From: Eledone cirrhosa
Taxonomy: Eukaryota
NCBI GenBank assembly: GCA_964016885.1
Contig: OZ024756.1
Location: 43,648,001-43,712,000, forward strand
Length of the DNA: 64,000 bases
Direction of reading: 5' to 3'
Below, piece after piece: positions 25,065 to 38,783 of this stretch (position 1 is the stretch's first letter; each line of letters starts with the position of its first letter). The position numbers and the translations under genes were made by a program. The notes under the pieces were generated by a model. It worked only from the letters and a program-made list of their open reading frames with translations. It ran no database searches and was not told the DNA's origin.

Positions 25065-27380
25065 TCATCATCATCATCTTTTAACATCTATCTTCCACGC
25101 TAGCATGGGTTAGACGGGAGTTGTCCCACTTGAGGCAAGGTTGGTTGGGTGTCCGTCTCTCGCTCATATAAGACTATCTGGCAGGTTTTCTACGGCTGGA
25201 TGCCCTTCCCAATACCAATCACATTTACAGTGTGGAACTGGGAGCTTTTTACCGTGTTACCTACACGGCCACATTACAGCGTTGACTGTGTTTTTTTGTT
25301 GTGACACCTACACTATCTAGATGTCATTATCTCATTTATTTGGACTGGGTGTTGTGGTACCAACTTTACAGAGAGAGGGTGGTGTTAGTGGGAGTGAGAA
25401 GATAGGGTAGTGGGACGGGGGTGTATTTTTCTTAACAGGTGCCTACTGACTGTAGGTTTCGCTTTGTACTTAGGCAAAGCAGGTCTTCTGTATTACTACG
25501 TAGCGCCAAAGATCTCGGTCCAGTGACATTGTCTTGGAGAGGTGTAAGTGTATGAGGTCAGAATTTATTAAGTCGTCCCAGGTTTTTCAGGGTCTGCCTA
25601 CTCCGTGGCTACCATCTATTTTGATCGCCCTGCACTTTTTCATACAGCTGTCGTCTTTCATGCGCATCATGGGACCATACCAACGTAGTCTTCTCTCAAG
25701 TAAACAGCATCTGATCCCTCTTATTCTTAATTTCTCCCTTAGTTCGTTTATGCTTTGCCGTTCACGTATATTACTATTACACATCCAACGGAGCATGCAA
25801 GCTTCATTCCTCTCCAGTCTGCGCATATCCTCTGCACACAATGCCCAAGTCTCACTGCCATGTAACATTGCTGTTCGTATGCAGGCATCATACAGCCTGC
25901 CTTTCATTTTTAGAGAGAAACCTTTAGCAGCCAATAGTGGTATAAGCTCTCTGAACTTTTTCCATTCTGTTCCGACTCTAGCTACTGTACTTTCAGAGCA
26001 CCCTCCCCCACTGCTGATTTTGTCACCCAGGTAACGGAAGGTGTCCACTATTTCTATAGAACCATCTGTGCAATGGAATGAACTAGTATTCTGTGGGCAC
26101 TTGCTGCTACTTAGTGCACCTGAGCACTGGCCACATATAAAATCTATATTCTTAGTTAGCTTACCTGTGATCCCACTACATCTTTTATACACCCATACTT
26201 TGCATTTGGGGCATAAAATGGAGTTTCTGCATACTCCTTTCCTACACACTAAGCATGGCCATTTCCCAGATGGGACCAGTGCCCTATTTTCCTTCCTACA
26301 TATTAGAAGTTTAGTCTTCGACAGGTTAATTTTAAGGCCTTTTGATTCTAGGCCATGCTTCCATGTTTGGAATTTCTTCTCTAGTTCAGCCATTGATTCA
26401 GCTATGAGCGTTAGATCATCTGCATATAGGAGTTCCCACGGGTAGCCAGTCTTGAACTCCTCTGTTATAGGGCAATAATAAATAGGAGGGGGCTAAGGAT
26501 GGAGCCCTGATGAACAACTTTTACGCTAAACACTTCACTATATTCGTTGTTAACTCTAACCTTGCTGACTGTTTCTTTATACATGGCTTGTATAGCTCTC
26601 ACAAGCCATTCGTCAACACCTAGTTTTCAAAGAGCCCACCAGATAATGGAACGGGGGACTCTGTCGAAGGCTTTCTCCAAGTCAACAAAAGCTAAGTATA
26701 GGGGTTTACTTTTAGCTAGGTACTGACCTGGTCAATTAATTTAATGCCTCTATAGTTTCCCCTATCTAGGGCATCTCCTTTACCCTTGTAGCAGTTAATG
26801 ATGATGCTGCTACGCCAGTCCTTCGGTACGACCACATTCTGTATGACTTGGTTTACTATCCGGGTGACCATAGTGTGTCAGATGCTTTCAGCATTTCAGC
26901 AACTATTTCCGAAGGCCCGGCTGCCTTGCCTGTCTTCATATCTTTGATCGCCTTACTTATTATACTACCTTCAACTTGCACTGCTGGTCCCTCTATTGGA
27001 TCGATGTGGGGGAGACTGTCTTTCTCCCATTTATTCTCCTCATTTAGTAGCCTCTCGTAGTGACACTTCCAAGCTACCTTCTTATCAGCGTTAGTGATGG
27101 CAAGTACACCATCATCAGTAAGGACAGACTTCTCCCCGACAATATCACAGTTTTCCTTGACACATTGCCTAGCAATCCTGAACACCTCAGATTTTTGGTC
27201 CTAGCTTCCCTCCTGGCCACTTGATAGTCTTCTCTACTTCCCCCATCCCGCCATACTTTCCAAGCCTGCTTTTTGGCCTTGATTGACCCCTCCACCTTAC
27301 TGTTCCACCACCAAGTTGCTCTCCTCCTACCTATAGGTCTGCTCCAGCCACAGGTTTCATCTGTCGCCTTCAGAGGATTA
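25065..27380 (-). mobile_element. 5'-truncated RTE LINE (subfamily A) with deletions
   Basis: ORFs 25587..26393 and 26856..27185; (cat)n tail. Confidence 0.92.
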
Positions 27381-27381
27381 G

Positions 27382-27627
<246 letters not shown>

Positions 27628-28425
27628 TGCATGCACGTGTGTGTGTATAAACATATAGGCAGACAAATTATAAATACAGACGCTCGCAGGCGGGAGTATA
27701 AAAAGGGGGAGGGGGGTACTATAAAATGAAAAGGTATACTCATGTCCATGCACAAAAAAAAAAAATTCATATATATATATATATGTACTTATATATATGT
27801 ATGTACTTATATATATATGTATGTACTTATATATATATGTATGTACTTATATATATATCTATGTACTTATATATATATCTATATATGTGTGTATGTACCT
27901 ATATATATATATATAATTTTACGTCTGCTTTTCCCTGCTTGAAAGGGTTGGACTATATATATAGAGGGCCCGATAAGGATACATATATATCATCATCATC
28001 ATCATTTTATGTCCGCTTTTCCCTGATTGCAAGGGTGGGACGGGAACTGATTCTGGTTTGATTTCTACAGCTGGATGCCCTTCCTAACACCAACCTCATT
28101 TACAGTGAGTGCTGGGTGCTTTTTTTCCGTGGCGCTTACATGTCCACTTTACAGTGAGTGCTGGGTGCTTTTTTGCCGTGGCACCTCCACGACCACTTTG
28201 CAATAAGTGCTGGGTGCTTTTTTGCCGTGGCACCTCCACGACCACTTTGCAGTGGAATGATAGGGACCCCAGTCCCTATCATCTCATTTCTACAGCTGAG
28301 TAAACTGGAGCAATGTGAAATAAAGTGTCTTGCTCAAGGAAACAACACATCACCCGGTCTGAGAATTGAACTCACAACCTTTCGATTGCAAGGCCAATGC
28401 TCTAACCACTAAGCCATGTGCACTC

Positions 28426-28585
<160 letters not shown>

Positions 28586-28794
28586 TATATGTGTGTGTGT
28601 ATCAGAGATACATGAAATTACAAGTTATTTCCTTTTAAAAAATACTTGTGATGACACCCAGTGGTTCCAACATTTTTTCTATAGATCCTGGCAAGTACTG
28701 TTAGTGTCCTTGTCAGTTACAGCTTTTGGAATAATCTCCACAGTCACTTCAACTTCGGTTGGTTTGGTTTGTAAAATCTGTCCAGTGATTCTTT

Positions 28795-29305
28795 CCTAAG
28801 ACATTCTTACTACATGCCCCTAGTAATCAGAGCTGTGATCCCTCAGAGAAGTAGCAGCTCTATCTGGGATGTCTCTCTGATCTCTGAACTACGCACTCTA
28901 TTCAGTAACATTACTCCAAAGACCCTTCAGAAGATTCCCATTTCGAATCTTGTATTTGCAATCGTATTCTTTTGCGTATTACTCGAGATTCATGACCATA
29001 GGTTAGGGTTGGCACGAAATTGAAGATAGCGAGTTTGGCTTTTATGCCTACCTCCCTTCTTCAGATTACTGAATGCTGAAGCTTGCGCATTACTGCACCA
29101 GCTTCTGCAATTCTTGCACTTAATTCAGGCTCTTGTTTTCCATCACTGATGAGCATGAATCCCGAGATACTTGAACTTCTCTACCTGCTATAGTGGAGCT
29201 CGATTTACATGTAGAGTGCAGTGCGCAGATTTCCTTGAGAGGGCGAGTGTCTCAGCTTTCGCAACACTGGTTTTCATTCAGCCTTGCGGCACTCTGCATC
29301 AGACC
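28795..29305 (-). mobile_element. Decayed LINE RT C-terminal fragment (another RTE-type lineage)
   Basis: Reverse strand contains QVEKFKYLG-like sequence at about 29162-29188. Confidence 0.55.
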
Positions 29306-29836
29306 TATCAAGTTCAAATTAAACATATTTATTCTTTGTCCGAAATTCTCTAATTGAAGCTGATGTGTGAAGATGTACATTATTATCGGTGGTTTGGCAG
29401 TATCGGTAGAGTGTCAGACACCATGCTTTGCAGCACAGAGTTATGGCCCTTTGTGTTCTGAGTGCAAATCAGCCGAGGTTAACTTTGCCTTTCATCCTTA
29501 TGGAGTTGATAAAATAAAGTACCAGTAATATACTGGGTATTTGCTGGCCTTGTGCCAAAAGTAGAAACAAGTAGTAGTATCCAGTCTCCTGCAATGTCAT
29601 TTTGGACTCGCTGACTCTTTCTCCTCTTCTTTTTCTTATTTCTGTTTTCCTTTTTTCTTCTTTTTCCCTTTTCTTATTTCTCCTTTCTCTTTTCTTTTTC
29701 TTCAGTTTTCTTTCTCTCCTTTTCCTATTATTATTGTTTTCTTCTGTCTTAGTTGTTCTCTACCTGCCATTATATATGTTATTTTAAAATAAATCTTTGT
29801 CTAAACATTTTCTCCTCTTCCATATTTAATATACAG

Positions 29837-30163
29837 GGGTATCAATCGAATCTATATCACCTGAATTTCGAGTTGGATCATCAGCTAGAATAAATATAAC
29901 ATGTAAGGTAGCTGGTGACTTAGATGTGGTAACTGTCTTGAAACTCCTACGAAATGGAACTCAGGTTATACAATTGAATTACAACAAAGGTACAGGTGGA
30001 TTTCAGAGAGATGTAGTTAAACCTGGTTTTGACTGTAAAATACCAGCAAATAAGGGATGGAATGGAGAGTATCAGTGCTGGAAAAATAACCCTAATTGCG
30101 AAGATGTAACAACTTTTCAATGTGCCACAAATAACGAAGTGTCCTCACTAAAGTCTGTAAAAA
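29837..30163 (+). CDS. IgSF gene copy B, exon 2: V-like Ig domain
   Basis: Pyrimidine tract then atacag| acceptor, a|gtaagt donor, 327 nt, phase 1-1, open frame: VSIESISPEFRVGSSARINITCKVAG...NPNCEDVTTFQCATNNEVSSLKSVK. Has B-strand ITC and F-strand D-x3-F-x-C. The exon is conserved in the inverted copy. Confidence 0.85.
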
Positions 30164-30254
30164 GTAAGTTTTATTCCATTTTCTCATTAGTCATCACTTT
30201 TGTTGTTTCATTTCAGTTAGAAATACTTATTGTTTTTAATGTTATCTATATTAT

Positions 30255-32428
30255 ATATATGTGTGTGTGCACATGTATGTATGTGTGACTGTTTGTGTGT
30301 GACTGTTTGTATGTGTGTATGTATGTATGACTGTTTGTATGTGTGTGTATGTATGTATGACTGTTTGTATGTGTGTGTATGTATGTATATATGTGTGTGA
30401 CTGTTTGTATGTGTGTGTATGTATGTATATGTGTGTGTATGTGACTGTTTGTATGTATATATGTGTGTATGTGTGACTGTGTATGTGTATGCATGACTGT
30501 TTCTATGTGTGTGTGTGGGTATGTATATATGTATATATGTGTGACTGTATGTGTGTATGTATGTATGTGTGTGTGACTGTTTGTATGTGTGTGTGTATGT
30601 ATATATGTGTATGTGTATGTATGACTGTTTGTATGTGTGTGTGACTGTTTGTATGTGTGTATGTGTGACTGTTTGTATGTGTGTATATATGACTGTATGT
30701 ATGTATGTGTGTGTATGTATGATTGTTTGTATGCGTGTATGTATATATATGTGTATGTGTGTATGTGTTTGTGTGTATGTATATATGTGTGTATGTGTGA
30801 CTGTGTAATGTTTCCTGTGTCTGTGACTGTGTGCGTGTGTCTGCATGCATGTTGCTGTGTGTAATTATGCATGTCTGAATGTATGCACAGGTGTGTGTGT
30901 GTGTGTAATGTAGTGTTTATATAGTGTGTATGTGTGTAATATAGTGTTTCTATAGTGCGTGTGTGTGTGTGTAATGTAGTGTTTCTCTATAGTGTGTGTG
31001 TAATGTAGTGTTTCTATAGTGTGTGTGTGTGTAATGTAGTGTTTCTATAGTGTGTGTGTGTGTAATGTAATGTTTCTATAGTGTGTGTGTGTGTGTGTGT
31101 AATGTAATGTTTCTAAATTGTGTGTGTGTGTGTAATGTAATGTTTCTAAATTGTGTGTGTAATGTAATGTTTCTATAGTGTGTGTGTAATGTAGTGTTTC
31201 TATAGTGTGTGTGTGTGTGTAATGTAGTGTTTCTCTATAGTGTGTGTGTAATGTAATGTTTCTATAGTGTGTGTAATGTAATGTTTCTATAGTGTGTGTG
31301 TGTCTAATGTAATGTTTCTATAGTGTGTGTGTAATGTAGTGTTTCTATAGTGTGTGTGTGTGTAATGTAGTGTTTCTATAGTGTGTGTGTGTGTGTGTGT
31401 AATGTAATGTTTCTATAGTGTGTGTGTGTGTGTGTAATGTAATATTTCTAAATTGTGTGTGTGTGTGTAATGTAATGTTTCTATAGTGTGTGTGTATGTA
31501 ATGTAATGTTTCTATAGTGTGTGTGTGTGTGTAATGTAATGTTTCTATAGTGTGTGTGTAATGTAGTGTTTCTATAGTGTGTGTGTATGTAATGTAATGT
31601 TTCTATAGTGTGTGTGTGTGTATGTAATGTAATGTTTCTATAGTGTGTGTGTGTAATGTAATGTTTCTATAGTGTGTGTGTGTGTAATGTAATGTTTCTA
31701 TAGTGTGTGTGTGTGTAATGTTTCTATAGTGTGTGTGTAATGTAGTGTTTCTATAGTGTGTGTGTGTGTAATGTAATGTTTCTATAGTGTGTGTGTGTGT
31801 ATGTAATGTAATGTTTCTATAGTGTGTGTGTAATGTAGTGTTTCTATAGTGTGTGTGTATGTAATGTAATGTTTCTATAGTGTGTGTGTGTGTATGTAAT
31901 GTAATGTTTCTATAGTGTGTGTGTAATGTAATGTTTCTATAGTGTGTGTGTGTGTAATGTAATGTTTCTATAGTGTGTGTGTGTGTGTAATGTAATGTTT
32001 CTATAGTGTGTGTGTGTGTAATGTAATGTTTCTCTTGTGTGTGTGTGTAATGTAATGTTTCTATAGTGTGTGTGTAATGTAGTGTTTCTATAGTGTGTGT
32101 GTATGTAATGTAATGTTTCTATAGTGTGTGTGTGTGTATGTAATGTAATGTTTCTATAGTGTGTGTGTGTGTGTAATGTAATGTTTCTATAGTGTGTGTG
32201 TGTGTGTAATGTAATGTTTCTATAGTGTGTGTGTGTGTGTAATGTAATGTTTCTATAGTGTGTGTGTGTGTAATGTAATGTTTCTATAGTGTGTGTGTAA
32301 TGTAGTGTTTCTATAGTGTGTGTGTGTGTGTGTGTAATGTAATGTTTCTATAGTGTGTGTGTGTGTGTGTGTGTGTGTAATGTAATGTTTCTAAATTGTG
32401 TGTGTGTATGTAATGTAATGTTTCTATA

Positions 32429-32461
<33 letters not shown>

Positions 32462-32910
32462 TAATGTAATGTTTCTATAGTGTGTGTGTATGTAATGTAA
32501 TGTTTCTATAGTGTGTGTGTGTAATGTAATGTTTCTATAGTGTGTGTGTGTGTAATGTAATGTTTCTATAGTGTGTGTGTGTGTGTAATGTAATGTTTCT
32601 ATAGTGTGTGTGTGTGTGTAATGTAATGTCTCTATAGTGTGTGTGCGTGTGTGTAATGTAATGTCTGTCTCTAATGTGTGTGTGTGTGTGTAATGTCTCT
32701 ATAGTGTGTGTGTAATGTCTCTATAGTGTGTGTGTGTGTAATGTAATGTCTCTATAGTGTGTGTGTGTAATGTAATGTCTCTATAGTGTGTGTGTAATGT
32801 AATGTTTCTATAGTGTGTGTGAAATGTAATGTCTCTAGTGTGTGTGTGAAATGTAATGTCTCTAGTGTGTGTGTGTGTGTAATGTCTCTATAGTGTGTGT
32901 GTGTGTGATG
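30255..32910. repeat. GT-rich compound repeat followed by a minisatellite gtaatgtaatgtttctata(gt)n
   Basis: Directly visible tandem array from about 30900. Confidence 0.95.
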
Positions 32911-33722
32911 TAATCTTCCTTTATAGGGAGTGTTTTAACAGAACAGCTTTGCCTCTAAAAAAAGCCTAGTCTTTGCAATTCTGAGAGAAGAACCAAATTA
33001 TTGACTGGTGCAAATAAAGCCAGGAAAACACTACAGTATAGTACACAGCATCTTCCTTCAAGCAGGATAACAGAGGATGCGTTAAGACCTTGGGTAGAGG
33101 AGCCTGTTTGTAAAATATATTGTAGTCTCCATTCAATGTTGTAAGAACTGGTAATGGGCCTACAACCTATCATGGGAGGTGTGGGATTGATGCATAATGG
33201 TTGCGTCACCCAAGACCCACAAGAAGGTCAGGAAGAGATCAAAACTTAACAATTGGCTTCTGAAATGTTACAACCTTTGCAAAGAGCAGGAACTAGTGGG
33301 GGAGGTCAGATGCTACTGGCTAGATATAGTCAGGTTTCCTCAACAAATGTCCATTGCTCTGGTACTGTAGATTTGGATGGATGATCGAAACTCCACTATT
33401 CAGATGACACCAGAAATAATTGCACAGGCACAGTGTCATCTGAATACTCACAAGGTTGTCAATGTGTTAGGGGTTGGATCTCATTGGAGGGATGTGTGTG
33501 TGTATATATATGTTTATGTATGTATACGTGTCTTGTATGTATTATGTATGTGTCTATATATTAGTGTTTCATGCCGACTACATCCTGAATCCATTTGACA
33601 TAAAAGCTACACAGCTGAAAATATAAGATATTTAAGGGTTACAATTTGTTGTTTTTCGTATGCTGGGCCAAAGAAATGAAAAAAAATTTCTTCACTTGTT
33701 GATTATGGCCAGGTTCCTCTCT

Positions 33723-35030
33723 ATCACCGACTACACCACCATCTCCACTACCACTAATACCACCACCATCTCCACTACCACTAATACCACCACCATCTCC
33801 ACTACCACTAATACCACCACCATCTCCACTACCACTAATACCACCACCGTCTCCACTACCACTAATACCACCACCGTCTCCACTACCACTAATACCACTA
33901 CCACCGACTACACCGCCATCTCCACTACCACTAATACCACCACCGTCTCCACTACCACTAATACCACCACCGTCTCCACTACCACTAATACCACCACCAT
34001 CTCCACTACCACTAATACCACCACCGTCTCCACTACCACTAATACCACCACCGTCTCCACTACCACTAATACCACCACCATCTCCACTACCACTAATACC
34101 ACCACCATCTCCACTACCACTAATACCACCACCGTCTCCACTACCACTAATACCACCACCGTCTCCACTACCACTAATACCACTACCACCGACTACACCG
34201 CCATCTCCACTACCACTAATACCACCACCGTCTCCACTACCACTAATACCACCACCGTCTCCACTACCACTAATACCACCACCATCTCCACTACCACTAA
34301 TACCACCACCATCTCCACTACCACTAATACCACCACCGTCTCCACTACCACTAATACCACCACCGTCTCCACTACCACTAATACCACTACCACCGACTAC
34401 ACCGCCATCTCCACTACCACTAATACCACCACCGTCTCCACTACCACTAATACCACCACCGTCTCCACTACCACTAATACCACCACCGTCTCCACTACCA
34501 CTAATACCACCACCGTCTCCACTACCACTAATACCACCACCGTCTCCACTACCACTAATACCACCACCGTCTCCACTACCACTAATACCACCACCGTCTC
34601 CACTACCACTAATACCACCACCATCTCCACTACCACTAATACCACCACCATCTCCACTACCACTAATACCACCACCATCTCCACTACCACTAACACCACC
34701 ACCATCTCCACTACCACTAACACCACCACCATCTCCACTACCACTAACACCACCACCGTCTCCACTACCACTAACACCACCACCGTCTCCACTACCACTA
34801 ATACCACCACCGTCTCCACTACCACTAATACCACCACCATCTCCACTACCACTAATACCACCACCATCTCCACTACCACTAATACCACCACCGTCTCCAC
34901 TACCACTAATACCACCACCGTCTCCACTACCACTAATACCACCACCATCTCCACTACCACTAATACCACCACCATCTCCACTACCACTAATACCACCACC
35001 ATCTCCACTACCACTAACACCACCAACACT
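33723..35030. repeat. 27-bp minisatellite accaccaccRtctccactaccactaat
   Basis: Tandem array translating as (TTTI/VSTTTN)n, with a periodic gactacaccgcc variant. Confidence 0.97.
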
Positions 35031-35949
35031 ACCATAAGACAACCTCTGACAGTGAATTACAGTTTTAGTTACAGGAAAAAGAATGGAGATCTTAAGTGTT
35101 CCAATTACAAGAGATGGAACCAGACAAGTTGCTGAAGTTGTTTTGAAGGAAATTCGACGATTCAAAATTGAGGATAGAATAATTAGTCGTTCAACATCGG
35201 CACGTGGCTAGCTTGCCACCATCACATTTTAAAAACTAATTTTAAAGAAAGTCTTTGTGATGTTTTATTCATCATCTGCTCCTGGTGTCTCCCTCTGTTC
35301 AAAAAGTTCCAGGAATGTTGGAACTCCATTGATAAGTCTCATTATTAAACTATTCTGGACGATGAAGGGCCCATGGAAGATTTTTACTAGCAAAAGGGCC
35401 CATGGAAGATTTTTACTAGCAAAAGGAGGGGCATGGTTAAATATCTACTGACAGTACTGCTTTCTAGAGGTCATCCTCGAGAAGACTATGCCAAGTTAAT
35501 AAAGCTCTCCCTTCTCTATTTTGGTTGGCTATCTCCCCAGTTCTCAGTCCGAGGAGTTTACTACCAGCTCGTTGGTTGGTTAAGGCCGTATATGTGATCA
35601 AAATAATTCTGTTCAAAGAATAACTGAAACTTACACTACGTGAGTCAAGAGATCTGCAAAATGTTGCTTCCTTTTTTACTTTGGTGTATGTCAAATTCTG
35701 GAATGAAACAATGGTTCCCAGATAGGCTCCAAAGAATGATCTTGATTTAATAAAGCTGCTACCAATTTGTTGACCCAGATATGCAGCAGATGCAGTGAGG
35801 GTAGCGACAGATATTCCAGCACTGTTGAATTCCAAAGAATTCTCACCAAAATTGGCTACCCTACTTCTCTCACCAAACACCAAAATGCCAAGGCAGCAAC
35901 ATGTCAAAGATCAAGGACACATGCCCCAATGTATAACACATGTTAGCTA

Positions 35950-36405
35950 AAGCAGCCACATTTCAATGAGAAGACGACAGCCGCTATCAGACAAGGTATC
36001 CGTAGTGAGGGACTGAATATATGGCTGCCACATTCGGGGACCCTCATTGAGGATACTGTTCCACAGACACCAACCCACATACAGCGAGATATGCACACTT
36101 CCTAATTGTCCTGTCAACAACACAGAGGTGTGCATGGGAACTTATATAGTCTATAAGATCACATGCAAAACCTACAACTCCTCAAACATCGGAAGTACCA
36201 TAAGGAGACAACAGACAACGGGTCAAGGAACATGGGACAAGGAGGACCTCTTCCATCAAAAAACATCTTGACAGATGCCACAACCAAAACACTGAGGTCA
36301 CCATAGAGGCAAGTGAAAGGAATACAGGAAACTTAAGGATTAACGAAGCCATTTTCATCATCCGATTGAAGTCAGAAATAAATAATAGGTCAGAAAGGTA
36401 CTAGG
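35950..36405 (+). mobile_element. Decayed Penelope-like element 3' fragment (GIY-YIG endonuclease)
   Basis: ICTLPNCP...CMGTYIVYKITCKTYNSSNIGSTIR and downstream LRINEAIFI...INNRSE. Confidence 0.65.
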
Positions 36406-37411
36406 CGGAATTGTTACTATAACAACCCCGTACATGTATATACATTTTCGAACCTATGTTTGTTTTATCTTGGACTGTTTCAGCTTCACATCTAAAAAGA
36501 GGGTAATAGTCCTGAAATATGCCATAATACACTGGATAAAACATGACTTTATTTTGTTTCATTTACCATCATTGGACCATCATATTTTCTACAGCAATGC
36601 CTGGCTTTTGAAAAACTTTTCAGTCTTTCTCTACAAATATATATTTGTATATATATATATACATCCAGGCCGAAACAAATGAGATCGTGTAGGTGTCACG
36701 ACAAAAAACACACAGTCCACGCTGTAAATGTGGCCGTGTAGGCAACACGGTAAAAACCTCCCAGCCCCACACTGTAAATGTGGTTGGTGTTAGGAAGGGC
36801 ATCCAGCTGTAGAAAACCCGCCAGACAGTCCACGCTGTAATGTGGCCGTGTAGGCAACACGGTAAAAACCTCCCAGCCCCACACTGTAAATGTGGTTGGT
36901 GTTAGGAAGGGCATCCAACTGTAGAAAACCCGCCAGACAGTCCTATGCGAGCAAGACAACCACTCTTGCCTCAAGTGGGAAAACCCCCGTCCAAACCCAT
37001 GCAAGCGTGGAACACGGACGCTAAACCTGATGATGATGATGATATGTATGTATGTATGTATCATCATCATCATTTTACGTCCACTTTCCCCTGCTTGCAA
37101 GGGTGGGATCGGAACTGATTCTGGCTTGATTTCTACAGCTGGATGCCCTTCCTAACACCAACCTCATTTACAGTGGGTGCTTTTATGCCGTGGCACCTCC
37201 ATGACCACTTTGCAGTGGAATGATAGGGACCACTTTGTAGTGGAATGATAGGGACCCCAGTCCCTATCATCTCATTTCTACAGCTGAGTAAACTGGAGCA
37301 ATGTGAAATAAAGTGTCTTGCTCAAGGAAACAACACATCACCCGGTCTGAGAATTGAACTCACAACCTTTCGATTGCAAGGCCAATGCTCTAACCTCTAA
37401 GCCATGTGCCT

Positions 37412-37565
<154 letters not shown>

Positions 37566-37712
37566 TTTTTTCCGTTGTGTTGTAATATAAATATTACACA
37601 CAGTAGATTATCAGCTCACGTAGAGTTTGCTCGACGGTTCCAGTTGTAGTTCCAAAAGTAATCCGGAGAAAAATAGAAAGATTTGAATGGATACAGTTTA
37701 GTTGAAAGGAAT

Positions 37713-37829
37713 TTATTGACACGTGTTTCTATAACAGTTACATAACCTAAAACAGCTATCTACAAACTTTTAGTTATGCAGACATTCAATATTTCAATGT
37801 TATTGTTTACTGTCATTTCATCAGAATAA
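37713..37829 (-). ncRNA. Hammerhead ribozyme, copy in the other pLTR
   Basis: Reverse complement of 42067-42183. Confidence 0.82.
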
Positions 37830-38419
37830 TATTACTGAGGACCTATTTAGTTTTTATAGAGAATATTAGGAGGAAGGGGTGAAGTTGTTAGAAGAATAGT
37901 TGAAGGAGTGGTTTTTCGATAGCAGTGAGAATTCTTGGTGGCAGTGATTAATTAGATTCCCATCTGTTGTTTTGACATTTTTTATAGAATATATTATTGG
38001 TTATTTTTCTAAATCTATAGAAGGATTAGAGATAGTAAAGATATGCGTGGTTGGTTTTGTGTTTGCACTTAACATTCAGACTTAAATTTTTCTTTCAAGT
38101 GTACGTATTCTTTCACCCACGCATTCACACACAAATATATTTGCACACCTCTACAAAATACATATACTCACAATTCACATATTCATACTTACATATATAT
38201 ACACATGCATACACATATATATACACACATGTATTCATGTACATACATACGCGCTCATGTGTATACATTTTCATACTCAACTTATCTTTATATATACACA
38301 CGTATAGACACACACATATATACATACATACTCTAGTCCATGTGTACACACATACACATACATACACATCCATATACACATACATACATACACATATATA
38401 TATACATATATACATATAC

Positions 38420-38464
<45 letters not shown>

Positions 38465-38465
38465 C

Positions 38466-38514
<49 letters not shown>

Positions 38515-38783
38515 AGCACTTTAATACATGAATACACTTACATCTAACTATACACATCAAACATATATATATATTTACTTATTTATATACATTTTCACAT
38601 ATATATACATACTTATGGACGTTTTTAGACACATTCATTATCGCATATTTGTACCTATTCTCATCAGCATATCTTTTCATTATTAGTATGGTAATTTAAG
38701 GTTATTAATATATGTTGAAAAGAGATTGTTTTTATATTTTTCTAACTAGATTAAGGTTTATATAGTTGGGGGATGTCCCTCTT

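Noticed and set aside
32925-33500. Possible additional exon in non-repetitive intron sequence
   Set aside because: I found no convincing phase-1 open exon on the + strand and it has no counterpart in copy A. It is probably an old TE remnant that I cannot classify.
33639-35165. 508-aa Gly/Ser-rich ORF on the - strand
   Set aside because: Stop-free by virtue of a 27-bp repeat unit, with no non-repetitive domain or splice support.
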